DNA of 25,348 bases. Origin: Candidatus Eiseniibacteriota bacterium. GTDB lineage: Bacteria; Eisenbacteria; RBG-16-71-46. The position numbers and the translations under genes are program-made. The notes under the pieces were generated by a model. It did no database searches. It had not been told where the DNA came from and saw nothing but the letters and a program-made list of their open reading frames with translations. Of the stretch, positions 7,183 through 15,512 are shown in pieces (the first letter of the stretch is position 1; each line of letters opens with the position of its first letter). The stretch lies in contig JANLWX010000200.1 in NCBI GenBank assembly GCA_031364845.1, positions 1-25,348 of the forward strand, in the 5' to 3' direction.

Positions 7183-9192
7183 CTAGCGGTTGCTCCAGGC
7201 GGCGACGCGCGTCGCGACCTGCTCCGGCGTGAAGCCGAAGAATTCCTGAAGCGCCCTGAGCGGCGCGGATTCACCGTAGCGATCGATGCCGATCGCAAGT
7301 CCGTGTTCGCCGATGATGCGATCCCATCCATAGGTCGACCCGGCCTCGATCGATACGCGCCGTCCGCCCGGCGGAAGCACGCGGTCGCGATAGGCGGGAT
7401 CCTGCGCCAGGAACAACTGCGGCGCGGGCATGCTCACGACGCGGGCGGGGTGGCCTTGCGCTTCGAGCAGGGCGGCCGCGGCAATCGCGAGTCCGACCTC
7501 GGAGCCGGTCGCGATCAGCGTCGTCGCAGGCCCCTGCGCGTCGCGCACCACATAGCCGCCGCGGCGCAGCAGCGAGACATCGAAGTCCACCGCACGCTCC
7601 ACGACCGGCAGCGTCTGTCGCGACAATGCGATCAGCGTCGGGCCGTCGCGGTTCTCGAGTGCCAATCCCCAGGCGGCCGCGGTTTCGACGCCGTCGGCGG
7701 GCCGGAGCACGAGCAGATTCGGAATCGCGCGCAACGACGCGAGGTGTTCGATCGGCTCGTGCGTCGGTCCGTCCTCGCCGAGGAACACGCTGTCGTGCGT
7801 GAACACCCACACGACCTGGCGGCGCATCAGCGCCGAGAGCCGGATCGACGGCCGCGCGTAGTCGGTGAACACGAGGAACGAGGCGCCGTAGGGAATGAAG
7901 CCGGCGTTCGAGAGTCCGTTGATGATCGATCCCATGCCGTGTTCGCGGATGCCGAAGTGGAAGTTGCGCCCGGTGAACTGGCTGCGCTGGATCGCGGGCG
8001 AGCCTTTGATCGCGGTCTTGGTCGAAGGCTCGAGGTCGGCGCTTCCGCCGACCAGCGCCGGCACCAGTGCCGCGGCCTGCTGCAGCACGACGTTCCCGTG
8101 CGCACGGGTCGCGGCCGCGGTGCGCGGAGCGGCGGCCACGAGTTGTTCGAACGTGTCGGCCGGAACGCGGCGCTCGAGGATCGCGTCCCACTGCTCGCCA
8201 CGCGCGGGATCGGCGGCGCGCAAGGCGTTCATCGACGCGTTCCATCCGTCGTAGTCTGCCCGCAGCTCGGCCGCGCGTGCCACGAAGCGCGCGCGCACGT
8301 CGTCGGGAATCAGGAACGCGGGCGATTCGGGCCAGCCGAGGGCACGCTTCGCGGCCGCGGTTTCCTCGGCGCCGAGCGGCTCGCCGTGAGCACCCGCGGT
8401 CCCCGCCTTCTTCGGCGCTCCGTAAGCGATCGTGCTGCGCGCGATCACGAGGCTCGGCCGATCGGTCGCCGCGACCGCCGCGTTCAGCGCGCGTTCGACT
8501 TCATCGCGATTCTGCGCGTTCGCGCGCTCGACGTGCCAGCCGTAGGCCTCGAAGCGCTTGCCGACGTCCTCGGTGAAGGCGAGTTGCGTGTCGCCTTCGA
8601 TCGAGATGTGGTTGTCGTCGTACACCATGATGAGATTGCCGAGGCCCCAGTGTCCGGCGAGCGAAGCCGCTTCCGACGCCACGCCTTCCATGAGATCGCC
8701 GTCGCCGCAGATCCCGAATACGCGCCACGTCGAGGGATCGAACTCGGGCGTGGCGAACCGCGCCGACAGCATGCGCGAGGCGACCGCCATGCCGACCGCA
8801 TTGCCGAAGCCCTGGCCGAGCGGGCCGGTCGTGGTCTCCACGCCGATCGTGTGACCTGCTTCGGGATGCCCCGGCGTGCGGCTGTGGAGTTGCCGGAAGT
8901 GCTTCAGCTCTTCCATGGGCAGATCGTAGCCCGCGAGATGCAGCATCCCGTACAACAACATCGAGCCGTGGCCGGCCGAGAGCACGAAGCGATCCCGGTT
9001 GGGCCACGCGGGATCGTGCGGCTGGTAGCGGAGGAATTTGGTCCACAGCACGTAGGCGACATCCGCCATGCCCATCGGCATGCCGGGATGGCCCGAGTTC
9101 GCCTGCTCGACCGCGTCGACGGCGAGGAATCGGATCGTGTTCACCGCGCGCTGGTCGAGCGCCGGATCGAGTGAGGGAGCGGATGGCTGCAA
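7183..9192 (-). CDS. tkt: Transketolase
   Basis: SGHPGMPMG, NRDRFVLSAGH, TTGPLGQG, GDGDLMEG (ThDP motif), FGIREHGM, GEDGPTHEP. TTG start with a GGAGGT SD. Confidence 0.97.
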   Translation of the reverse strand: MQPSAPSLDPALDQRAVNTIRFLAVDAVEQANSGHPGMPMGMADVAYVLWTKFLRYQPHDPAWPNRDRFVLSAGHGSMLLYGMLHLAGYDLPMEELKHFRQLHSRTPGHPEAGHTIGVETTTGPLGQGFGNAVGMAVASRMLSARFATPEFDPSTWRVFGICGDGDLMEGVASEAASLAGHWGLGNLIMVYDDNHISIEGDTQLAFTEDVGKRFEAYGWHVERANAQNRDEVERALNAAVAATDRPSLVIARSTIAYGAPKKAGTAGAHGEPLGAEETAAAKRALGWPESPAFLIPDDVRARFVARAAELRADYDGWNASMNALRAADPARGEQWDAILERRVPADTFEQLVAAAPRTAAATRAHGNVVLQQAAALVPALVGGSADLEPSTKTAIKGSPAIQRSQFTGRNFHFGIREHGMGSIINGLSNAGFIPYGASFLVFTDYARPSIRLSALMRRQVVWVFTHDSVFLGEDGPTHEPIEHLASLRAIPNLLVLRPADGVETAAAWGLALENRDGPTLIALSRQTLPVVERAVDFDVSLLRRGGYVVRDAQGPATTLIATGSEVGLAIAAAALLEAQGHPARVVSMPAPQLFLAQDPAYRDRVLPPGGRRVSIEAGSTYGWDRIIGEHGLAIGIDRYGESAPLRALQEFFGFTPEQVATRVAAWSNR

Positions 9193-9210
9193 GGAAGACC
9201 TCCGGAAAGC

Positions 9211-10182
9211 TTAGGGATGCGTGAGGGCGAAGGCCGCGGCACCCCACAACGACGTGCGCGGATCGAGGATCACCGCGAGCGGAATCTGTTCGAGCACCGG
9301 AGTCAGCCGGCCCTTGTCCTGGAACCCGCGCGTGAAACGCTCGCGCAGGAACGGAAGGATGCGCGGGGCGATGCCGCCGCCGACGTACATGCCGCCGAGC
9401 GCCAGCGCCTTGAGCGCGAGGTTGCCGGCCTCGGAACCGTAGATGTCGGCGAACGTCTCGAGCGTGAGGCGTGATCTCTCGCACGAACCGTCGAGCGCGG
9501 TCTCGGTCACGACCACGGCGGGATCGGGCGCCTCGGCGAACCGTCGCGTGACCGCGGGCGGTTCGCTGCCGCGTCGCGTCTCGCTCATGAAGCGGTAGAG
9601 GTCGGCGAGGCCGGGACCCGACAGCACGCGCTCGAAGCTCACGCGGGCGTAGCGCGCGCGCAGCCACTGCAGCAGTTCGTCCTCGAGCGCGTTGCGCGGG
9701 GCGAAGTCGCAGTGTCCGCCCTCGCTCGGAACCGCGATCCAGCCGCTCTCCGAGCGCGCCATGATCGACTCGCCGAGACCGGTGCCGGCGGCGATCAGCG
9801 CGCGCGTCGCGTCGGTCGGATCGCCGGGATGAAGGATCTCGAGATCCGCCGGAGCGAGCGAGGGAATTCCCCACGCCGTGGTTGCCAGATCGTTGAGGAG
9901 CGTGACGCGGATTCCGAGGCGTTTGCCGAGCGCATCGCCGTCGACGAGCCACGGCAGGTTGGTCGCGTCGCAACGATTGTGTTTGACGGGGCCCGCGATG
10001 CCGAGCACCGCACGCTGCGGACGGTCGTCGGTTCCTTCGAAGAATGCGCCGAGCAACGAATCGAGCGAGCCGTGATTGCGGGTCGGGATCCGGCCACCGT
10101 GCCGGGGCCGGCGCGGGTCGCCGTCGCGATCGAACAGCGCGAGATCGGCCTTGGTTCCACCGATGTCTCCGGCGAGTATCAT
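9211..10182 (-). CDS. glk: Glucokinase (Glk, non-ROK type)
   Basis: MILAGDIGGTK, IAGPV, TNLPW, LLNDL, AAGTGLG, PSEGGH, GGGIAP. Start trimmed to ATG 10182. Confidence 0.93.
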   Translation of the reverse strand: MILAGDIGGTKADLALFDRDGDPRRPRHGGRIPTRNHGSLDSLLGAFFEGTDDRPQRAVLGIAGPVKHNRCDATNLPWLVDGDALGKRLGIRVTLLNDLATTAWGIPSLAPADLEILHPGDPTDATRALIAAGTGLGESIMARSESGWIAVPSEGGHCDFAPRNALEDELLQWLRARYARVSFERVLSGPGLADLYRFMSETRRGSEPPAVTRRFAEAPDPAVVVTETALDGSCERSRLTLETFADIYGSEAGNLALKALALGGMYVGGGIAPRILPFLRERFTRGFQDKGRLTPVLEQIPLAVILDPRTSLWGAAAFALTHP

Positions 10183-10349
10183 GAGCGGCTTCCGTGCTCG
10201 GGCATTGAATGCACGCGTGGCGAAGGGGGGATCATGGGGCCATCGGGAGGTTCGGGGAAATTGCGATCCAGCGAAGATTCTCCTGCCGATCGGGACGGGC
10301 GAGCATCGAAGGCAGCATGATGATGCCGCCACCGATCTCTGGCAACCGC

Positions 10350-11264
10350 ATGGCCCTGACCCCACGCGCCGACCTCACCGATCATATCGGTGGAACGCCG
10401 CTGATCCCGATTGTCGGAATCGAGGGCGTCGCCGGGCAGGTCCAGGTCTACGGCAAGGCCGAGTGGATGAACCCCGGAGGATCGGTGAAGGATCGCGCGG
10501 CATGGAGCATCGTGCGCGCGGCCGAGGCCGACGGCCGGCTCGGCGGGGGGCGCGCGCTGCTCGATGCGACCTCGGGCAACACCGGCATCGCCTACGCGTG
10601 GATCGGCGCGGCGCGCGGTCATCGCGTCACACTGTGCGTGCCCGGCAATGCGAATCACGAACGCCGCCGGCTGCTGGCCGCACTCGGCGCGGACGTCGTC
10701 TACACCGACCCGATGGCGGGGACCGACGGCTCGATCCTCGAAGCGCGCCGGCTCGCCGCGAAAGATCCCGGTCGCTACTTCTACGCCGACCAGTATTCGA
10801 ATCCCGCGAACGTCGCAGCGCACATCGAAGGCACCGCGCCCGAGATCTGGCAACAGACCGAGGGCCGCATCACGCACCTGATCGCCGGCATCGGCACTTC
10901 GGGCACGCTGGTCGGAACTTCACGCGGACTGCGCGCGCGCCATCCCGGCCTCGTCACGATCGCAGTACAGCCCGACTCTCCGCTCCATGCGCTCGAGGGG
11001 CTCAAGCATCTGCCGAGTGCCATGGTCCCCGCGATCTACGATGCGAGTGCGCATCAGCGCGTGATCGAGGTCGCGAGCGAGGCCGCGATCGGCATGGTGC
11101 ACGCGATGGCCCGCGGCGGCATGTTGCTCGGATGGTCGGCGGGGGCAGCACTGGTGGCTGCCGCCCAGGTCGCGCGCGAACTCACGCACGGCGTCGTGGT
11201 GGCGATCCTGCCCGACAGCGCCGAGCGCTACCTGAGCGAGCCGCTGTGGGATGTCGCACGATGA
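10350..11264 (+). CDS. cysM: Cysteine synthase, CysM-like (probably sulfur-carrier dependent)
   Basis: IGGTPL, KAEWMNPGGSVKDR (PLP Lys), DATSGNTG, DQYSNPAN, GIGTSGT, ILPDSAERYLS; adjacent to Mec and a ubiquitin-like carrier. Start uncertain (ATG 10317-10323 or 10350). Confidence 0.88.
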   Translation: MALTPRADLTDHIGGTPLIPIVGIEGVAGQVQVYGKAEWMNPGGSVKDRAAWSIVRAAEADGRLGGGRALLDATSGNTGIAYAWIGAARGHRVTLCVPGNANHERRRLLAALGADVVYTDPMAGTDGSILEARRLAAKDPGRYFYADQYSNPANVAAHIEGTAPEIWQQTEGRITHLIAGIGTSGTLVGTSRGLRARHPGLVTIAVQPDSPLHALEGLKHLPSAMVPAIYDASAHQRVIEVASEAAIGMVHAMARGGMLLGWSAGAALVAAAQVARELTHGVVVAILPDSAERYLSEPLWDVAR

Positions 11265-11757
11265 CGACGCAGCGCGAGGTCGCACAACACCGGCGTTCGA
11301 GCGCCGCATGACCGGATCGACGCTGGTGCTGAAGCCCGCCCACGCCGGCGTGATCCATGAGCATCTGTTGCGTGCGTATCCCGAGGAAGGCTGCGGGGTG
11401 TTGCTCGGGTCCGAGCAGGACGGGCGGCGCGAGATCACGCGGGTGATCGCGTTCGATAACCAGCGTGAGGACTCGCGCCACAATCGCTACACGATCTCGC
11501 CCGCGCAATTCCTCGCCGCGGAGCAGGAGAGCCGCGCCCACGGGGTGGACGTGCTCGGGTTCTTCCACTCGCACCCCGATCACCCGGCGCAACCGTCCGC
11601 CTTCGACCTCGAACACGCATGGCCCTACTATTCCTACCTGATCGTGAGCGTGCGTGAGGGCCGCATCGACACGATGCGATCGTTCAGACTCACCGACGAT
11701 CGCTCACGCTTCGATTCCGAGACGCTGGAGATGCCGGATGACACCGGCACTCCCTGA
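11251..11757 (+). CDS. mec: JAMM/MPN+ (M67) metalloprotease, Mec-like CysO-cysteine peptidase
   Basis: YPEEGCGVLLG...FFHSHPDHPAQPSAFD matches E-xn-H-x-H-x7-S-x2-D. Start is either 11251 (overlapping the cysM end) or 11308. Confidence 0.9.
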   Translation: MSHDDDAARGRTTPAFERRMTGSTLVLKPAHAGVIHEHLLRAYPEEGCGVLLGSEQDGRREITRVIAFDNQREDSRHNRYTISPAQFLAAEQESRAHGVDVLGFFHSHPDHPAQPSAFDLEHAWPYYSYLIVSVREGRIDTMRSFRLTDDRSRFDSETLEMPDDTGTP

Positions 11758-11772
11758 CCGCTGGAGAATTGC

Positions 11773-13281
11773 ATGAGCTGGACGACGCGCATCCACATCC
11801 CGACACCGCTGCGACCCTACGCCGCCAATCTCGCGTCGGTGGAGGTCGCGGCGGCCACCGCGGGAGAGGCGTTACGCGAGTTGGTGCGATTGCACCCTGG
11901 ACTCGAACGCCATCTGTTCGACGAGCAGGGCGCGCTGCGGCGCTACGTGAATGTCTACCGCAACGATGAGGACATCCGCTTTCTCGAACGCGCCGACACG
12001 CCGCTGCGCGTGAACGACACGCTCTCGATCATCCCGAGCATCGCGGGCGGCACGGACTCGAAGCCTGCGGGGAGCGCACGCCCGGTGCCGCGCCGCCCGG
12101 AAGCTCCCGCGTGGGCGACCGGTGCCGACGGCCTGCCGCCGCTCGCCGACGACGAACTGCTGCGCTACAGCCGGCACCTGATCCTGCCGGAAGTCGGACT
12201 CGATGGTCAGCGCCGGTTGAAGGCCGCGAGCGTGCTCCTGATCGGAGCGGGCGGACTCGGTTCGCCGCTCGCACTCTACCTCGCGGCCGCGGGTGTGGGG
12301 CGGATCGGCATCGTCGACTTCGATGTGGTCGATGCGAGCAACCTCCAGCGCCAGCTGTTGCACGGCACCGCCTCGATCGGCGTGCCCAAGCTCACGTCCG
12401 CGCGCGCGCGCCTGCTCGATCTGAATCCACACGTGCAGGTCGACACCTACGAAACTCATCTCACGAGCGAGAACGCGCTCGAGATCCTGGCCGGCTACGA
12501 CGTGGTCGCCGACGGCACCGACAACTTCCCGACGCGCTATCTCGTGAACGATGCCTGCGTGCTACTCGGCAAGCCGAACGTCTACGGGAGCATCTTCCGC
12601 TTCGAAGGCCAGGCGAGCGTGTTCGATGCGAAGAAGGGTCCGTGTTATCGCTGCCTCTATCCGGATCCGCCGCCGCCTGGACTCGTGCCCTCGTGCGCTG
12701 AGGGCGGTGTGCTCGGCGTGCTGCCCGGCGTGATCGGCGTGATCCAGGGCATCGAGACGCTCAAGCTGCTGCTCGGAATCGGCGACCCATTGATCGGGCG
12801 GCTGCTGGTGTTCGATGCGCTCGCGATGAGCTTCCGCGAACTCCGGCTGCGCAAGGATCCGAACTGTCCGCTGTGCGGAGAACATCCGACGATCACCCAG
12901 CTGATCGACTACGAACAGTTCTGCGGCCTGCCGTCGGCCGAGGACGCCGCGCGGATGGCGAAGGACTTCGAGATTTCCGTCACGGATCTGCGCGCGAAGC
13001 AGGAGCACGGCGACGAATTCGTACTCATCGACGTGCGCGAGCCGTTCGAATGGGAGATCGCGCGCATCGAAGGTTCCCAGCTCATGCCGCAGAACAGCCT
13101 GCCCGGGCGGCTGTCCGAACTCGATTCGAGCCGCGAGATCGTGTTGATGTGTCATCACGGGGTGCGCAGCATGCGCGCACTCGAATTCCTGTATCAATCG
13201 GGGTATCGAAAACTGAAGAGTGTGCGCGGAGGGATCGAAGCGTGGTCACGCGAGATCGATCCGTCCGTGCCGCGTTACTGA
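11773..13281 (+). CDS. moeZ: Fusion of a ubiquitin-like sulfur carrier (CysO/MoaD/ThiS), an E1-like adenylyltransferase (MoeB/ThiF) and a rhodanese (MoeZ-like)
   Basis: Residues 1-93 form a beta-grasp domain (IHIPTPLRPY...YVNVYRNDEDIRFL...IIPSIAGG). E1 motifs: RYSRHL, GAGGLGS, SNLQRQ, CYRC, PSCAEGG, CPLC. Rhodanese: IDVREPFEW...CHHGVRS. SD GGAG upstream. Confidence 0.93.
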   Translation: MSWTTRIHIPTPLRPYAANLASVEVAAATAGEALRELVRLHPGLERHLFDEQGALRRYVNVYRNDEDIRFLERADTPLRVNDTLSIIPSIAGGTDSKPAGSARPVPRRPEAPAWATGADGLPPLADDELLRYSRHLILPEVGLDGQRRLKAASVLLIGAGGLGSPLALYLAAAGVGRIGIVDFDVVDASNLQRQLLHGTASIGVPKLTSARARLLDLNPHVQVDTYETHLTSENALEILAGYDVVADGTDNFPTRYLVNDACVLLGKPNVYGSIFRFEGQASVFDAKKGPCYRCLYPDPPPPGLVPSCAEGGVLGVLPGVIGVIQGIETLKLLLGIGDPLIGRLLVFDALAMSFRELRLRKDPNCPLCGEHPTITQLIDYEQFCGLPSAEDAARMAKDFEISVTDLRAKQEHGDEFVLIDVREPFEWEIARIEGSQLMPQNSLPGRLSELDSSREIVLMCHHGVRSMRALEFLYQSGYRKLKSVRGGIEAWSREIDPSVPRY

Positions 13282-13293
13282 CCGGAGGGACCC

Positions 13294-14781
13294 ATGTTCC
13301 ATAAGACGATTGCGATTCGTTCGCCGCTGCTCGGCGCGGCGATGCTGGCCTTCACACTGCTGATGTCCGTAGGTACCCTCACGGGCTGCGCGACCAATCC
13401 GGTCACCGGCAAGCGCGAGATCTCGCTCGTGAGCTCGGATCAGGAACTCGCGATGGGCCGCGAGGGACATCAGGCGGTGCTCGCCGAGTACGGCGTCTAC
13501 AACGACGCCCGGCTCTCGGCCTATGTCGACAGCATCGGCCAGGCGCTCGCCAAGCGCTCGCACATGCCGAACCTCGAATGGCACTTCACCGTGATCGACG
13601 ATCCGACCGTGAACGCGTTCGCGATTCCCGGCGGCTACATCTACATCACGCGCGGGATCATGGCGCACCTGAACTCGGAAGCGCAGATCGCGGGTGTGAT
13701 CGGCCACGAGATCGGCCACGTCACCGCGCGCCACTCGGCGCGGCAGGTGACGCAACAGCAACTGGCGGGGCTCGGGCTCGGGCTCGCGTCGGTGTTCTCG
13801 CAGACGTTCCAGCGCTACAGCGGCGCCGCCCAGCAGGCACTCGGTCTCATGCTGCTCAAGTACGGACGTGACGACGAGAATCAGGCGGACGGACTCGGCA
13901 TCGACTACGCGACCGCCGCAGGCTGGGACCCGCGCGAGATCCCCGCGACTTATCACACGTTGTCGCGCATCAGCGCGCGTTCCGGCCAGCGGCTGCCGAC
14001 GTTCCTCTCGACCCATCCCGATCCCGGCGATCGCGAGGCGCGCACCACCACGCTCGCGGCACAGGCCGCACAGGGCAAGACCGGCCTTCAGATCCGCTCG
14101 CGCGGATACCTCGCGAAGCTCGAGAACAACGTCTACGGCAACGACCCGCGCCAGGGCTATTTCGAAGGCGACCGTTTCTACCATCCCGAAATGGATTTCG
14201 AGATGAGCTTTCCCGCGGGCTGGCTCAAGCAGAACGCGCGTTCGGCGGTGCTCGCGCAGCAGCCGCAGGAGCGCGCGGTCATGCAGTTGACGCTCGCAAA
14301 CACCGAAGGCCAGGCCCCGGCCGCGTACGTGCAGGGCCTGGTGTCGGCCGGCAAGATCGCGGGCGCTCAGGGGGCGTCGGAGCAGGTGGGAAGCTATGCG
14401 TCGTGGATGGGGCGGCTGACGATTCAGAATCAGGACGGCACCCAGGGTTCGATGTTCGCGGCGTTCATCCAGCGCAGCCGCGATCAGACGTTCCAGATCC
14501 TCGCGCGCACCACTGCGGTCGGCGATGCCGACGAGAGCGCGGTGCGCGCGGCGGCGCGCTCGCTGCGACCGCTCGCGGACCGCGCGCGCTTGAAGCCGAC
14601 GCCGGATCGTGTGTCGATCGTCACCGCCGCGCAGACCGCTCCGTTCGAGACCGCGATCACCAAGTTCGGTCCGCTGGCGATCGATGTCGAGGAGGAGTCG
14701 ATCCTCAACAACGTCGAACCCGGCGAGAGCGTGGCGCGCGGGCAGGCACTCAAGATCGTGCGGCCCGGAGCGAAAAAGTAG
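13294..14781 (+). CDS. M48-family zinc metalloprotease lipoprotein with a C-terminal extension
   Basis: Hydrophobic signal ending in the lipobox LTGC, then ATNPVTGK; VNAFAIPGG, HEIGH (from 13705), YGRDDENQAD, FLSTHPDP. SD GGAGGG. Confidence 0.9.
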   Translation: MFHKTIAIRSPLLGAAMLAFTLLMSVGTLTGCATNPVTGKREISLVSSDQELAMGREGHQAVLAEYGVYNDARLSAYVDSIGQALAKRSHMPNLEWHFTVIDDPTVNAFAIPGGYIYITRGIMAHLNSEAQIAGVIGHEIGHVTARHSARQVTQQQLAGLGLGLASVFSQTFQRYSGAAQQALGLMLLKYGRDDENQADGLGIDYATAAGWDPREIPATYHTLSRISARSGQRLPTFLSTHPDPGDREARTTTLAAQAAQGKTGLQIRSRGYLAKLENNVYGNDPRQGYFEGDRFYHPEMDFEMSFPAGWLKQNARSAVLAQQPQERAVMQLTLANTEGQAPAAYVQGLVSAGKIAGAQGASEQVGSYASWMGRLTIQNQDGTQGSMFAAFIQRSRDQTFQILARTTAVGDADESAVRAAARSLRPLADRARLKPTPDRVSIVTAAQTAPFETAITKFGPLAIDVEEESILNNVEPGESVARGQALKIVRPGAKK

Positions 14782-14808
14782 CCGCGTCATCCCGTCACAA
14801 CGCTTCAT

Positions 14809-14853
14809 GAGCCCGCCACCCGCGCACGCAACGCGCGGGCGGCGGGCTCTTTC
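14809..14853 (+). terminator. Intrinsic terminator-like hairpin after the M48 gene
   Basis: GAGCCCGCC-a-CCCGCGC / 7-nt loop / GCGCGGG-c-GGCGGGCTC, followed by a short TTTC tract. Confidence 0.65.
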
Positions 14854-14896
14854 ATCTCCGCGCTAGCTCCGTGAAGCGCCTGAAGATCCCTCCGGC

Positions 14897-14914
14897 TTGT
14901 GCGGCTTTTCACAA
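14897..14914. promoter_or_regulatory. Palindromic operator resembling a Rex (or CRP-family) site
   Basis: TTGTGCGGCTTTTCACAA is TTGTG-N8-CACAA; the right half matches the Rex consensus TTGTGAA-N4-TTCACAA exactly. It lies 5 nt upstream of the act -35 box. Confidence 0.6.
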
Positions 14915-14919
14915 TCTAG

Positions 14920-14948
14920 TTGACAGCATTCGGACGTGGTCTTAGTTT
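14920..14948 (+). promoter_or_regulatory. sigma70 promoter of the act operon
   Basis: Perfect TTGACA (14920-14925), 17-nt spacer, TAGTTT (14943-14948). Confidence 0.7.
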
Positions 14949-14959
14949 CCCGCGCGTCC

Positions 14960-15496
14960 ATGAAACTGAAACGGTTTCTTGCCCCGGCATTCGTCCTCAT
15001 CATGCTCGCCATCGGAACCGCTGCGTTCACGCAGTCGTTCCCGGTGATGCTCGGCATGAACAAGGGACCCAAGCAGCCCATCAACTTCAGCCACCGGCTT
15101 CACGCGGGAACGCTGAAGATGGACTGCCTCTATTGCCATTACGCGGCTGAGAAATCGCCGTCGGCGAACATCCCCACGGCGACCACGTGCATGGGCTGCC
15201 ACAAGGCGGCGGCCACCGACCGGCCCGAGATCGTCAAACTCACGAAGATGTACAACGAGGGCACGCCGCCCGAGTGGGTCGAGGTCTATCACCTCCCCGA
15301 TCACGTGAAGTTCAACCACAAGCGCCACGTCAAAGCCGGCGTCAAATGCCAGGACTGCCATGGTCCGGTGCAGGAGATGGACGTGATGTACCAGTACTCG
15401 TCGCTCAAGATGGGCTGGTGTCTCAAGTGCCATCGCGAAAACGTCAATCATCCTCAGAACCCGGCGTCGATGGACTGCCTGGTCTGTCACCACTAG
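14960..15496 (+). CDS. actA: Alternative complex III pentaheme cytochrome c subunit ActA
   Basis: Five CxxCH motifs (CLYCH, CMGCH, CQDCH, CLKCH, CLVCH), QPINFSHRLHAG, LPDHVKFNHKRH, LKMGWC and a hydrophobic N-terminus. ATG 14960 is preferred because GTG 14936 lies inside the promoter. Confidence 0.92.
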   Translation: MKLKRFLAPAFVLIMLAIGTAAFTQSFPVMLGMNKGPKQPINFSHRLHAGTLKMDCLYCHYAAEKSPSANIPTATTCMGCHKAAATDRPEIVKLTKMYNEGTPPEWVEVYHLPDHVKFNHKRHVKAGVKCQDCHGPVQEMDVMYQYSSLKMGWCLKCHRENVNHPQNPASMDCLVCHH

Positions 15497-15512
15497 TCGG
15501 GGCGAGGACGCG

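Noticed and set aside
169..9973. Long antisense or alternate-frame ORFs (e.g. 169-1695 -, 1385-2539 +, 3608-5242 +, 3576-5168 -, 7303-9174 +, 8501-9973 -)
   Set aside because: Arg/Ala/Gly-rich shadow ORFs expected in high-GC DNA; they overlap well-supported genes and show no recognisable motifs.
10183..10349. Riboswitch or defined promoter in the divergent glk/cysM region
   Set aside because: No recognisable SAM or T-box motif; only weak hexamer matches and a short GCATT-G-AATGC palindrome.
11773..13281. Molybdopterin or thiamine biosynthesis, or a CBASS/Bil-type E1-JAB defence system
   Set aside because: No moaE, thiG, E2 or CD-NTase nearby; the rhodanese domain and adjacent cysteine synthase indicate sulfur transfer for cysteine. 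A secondary role cannot be excluded.
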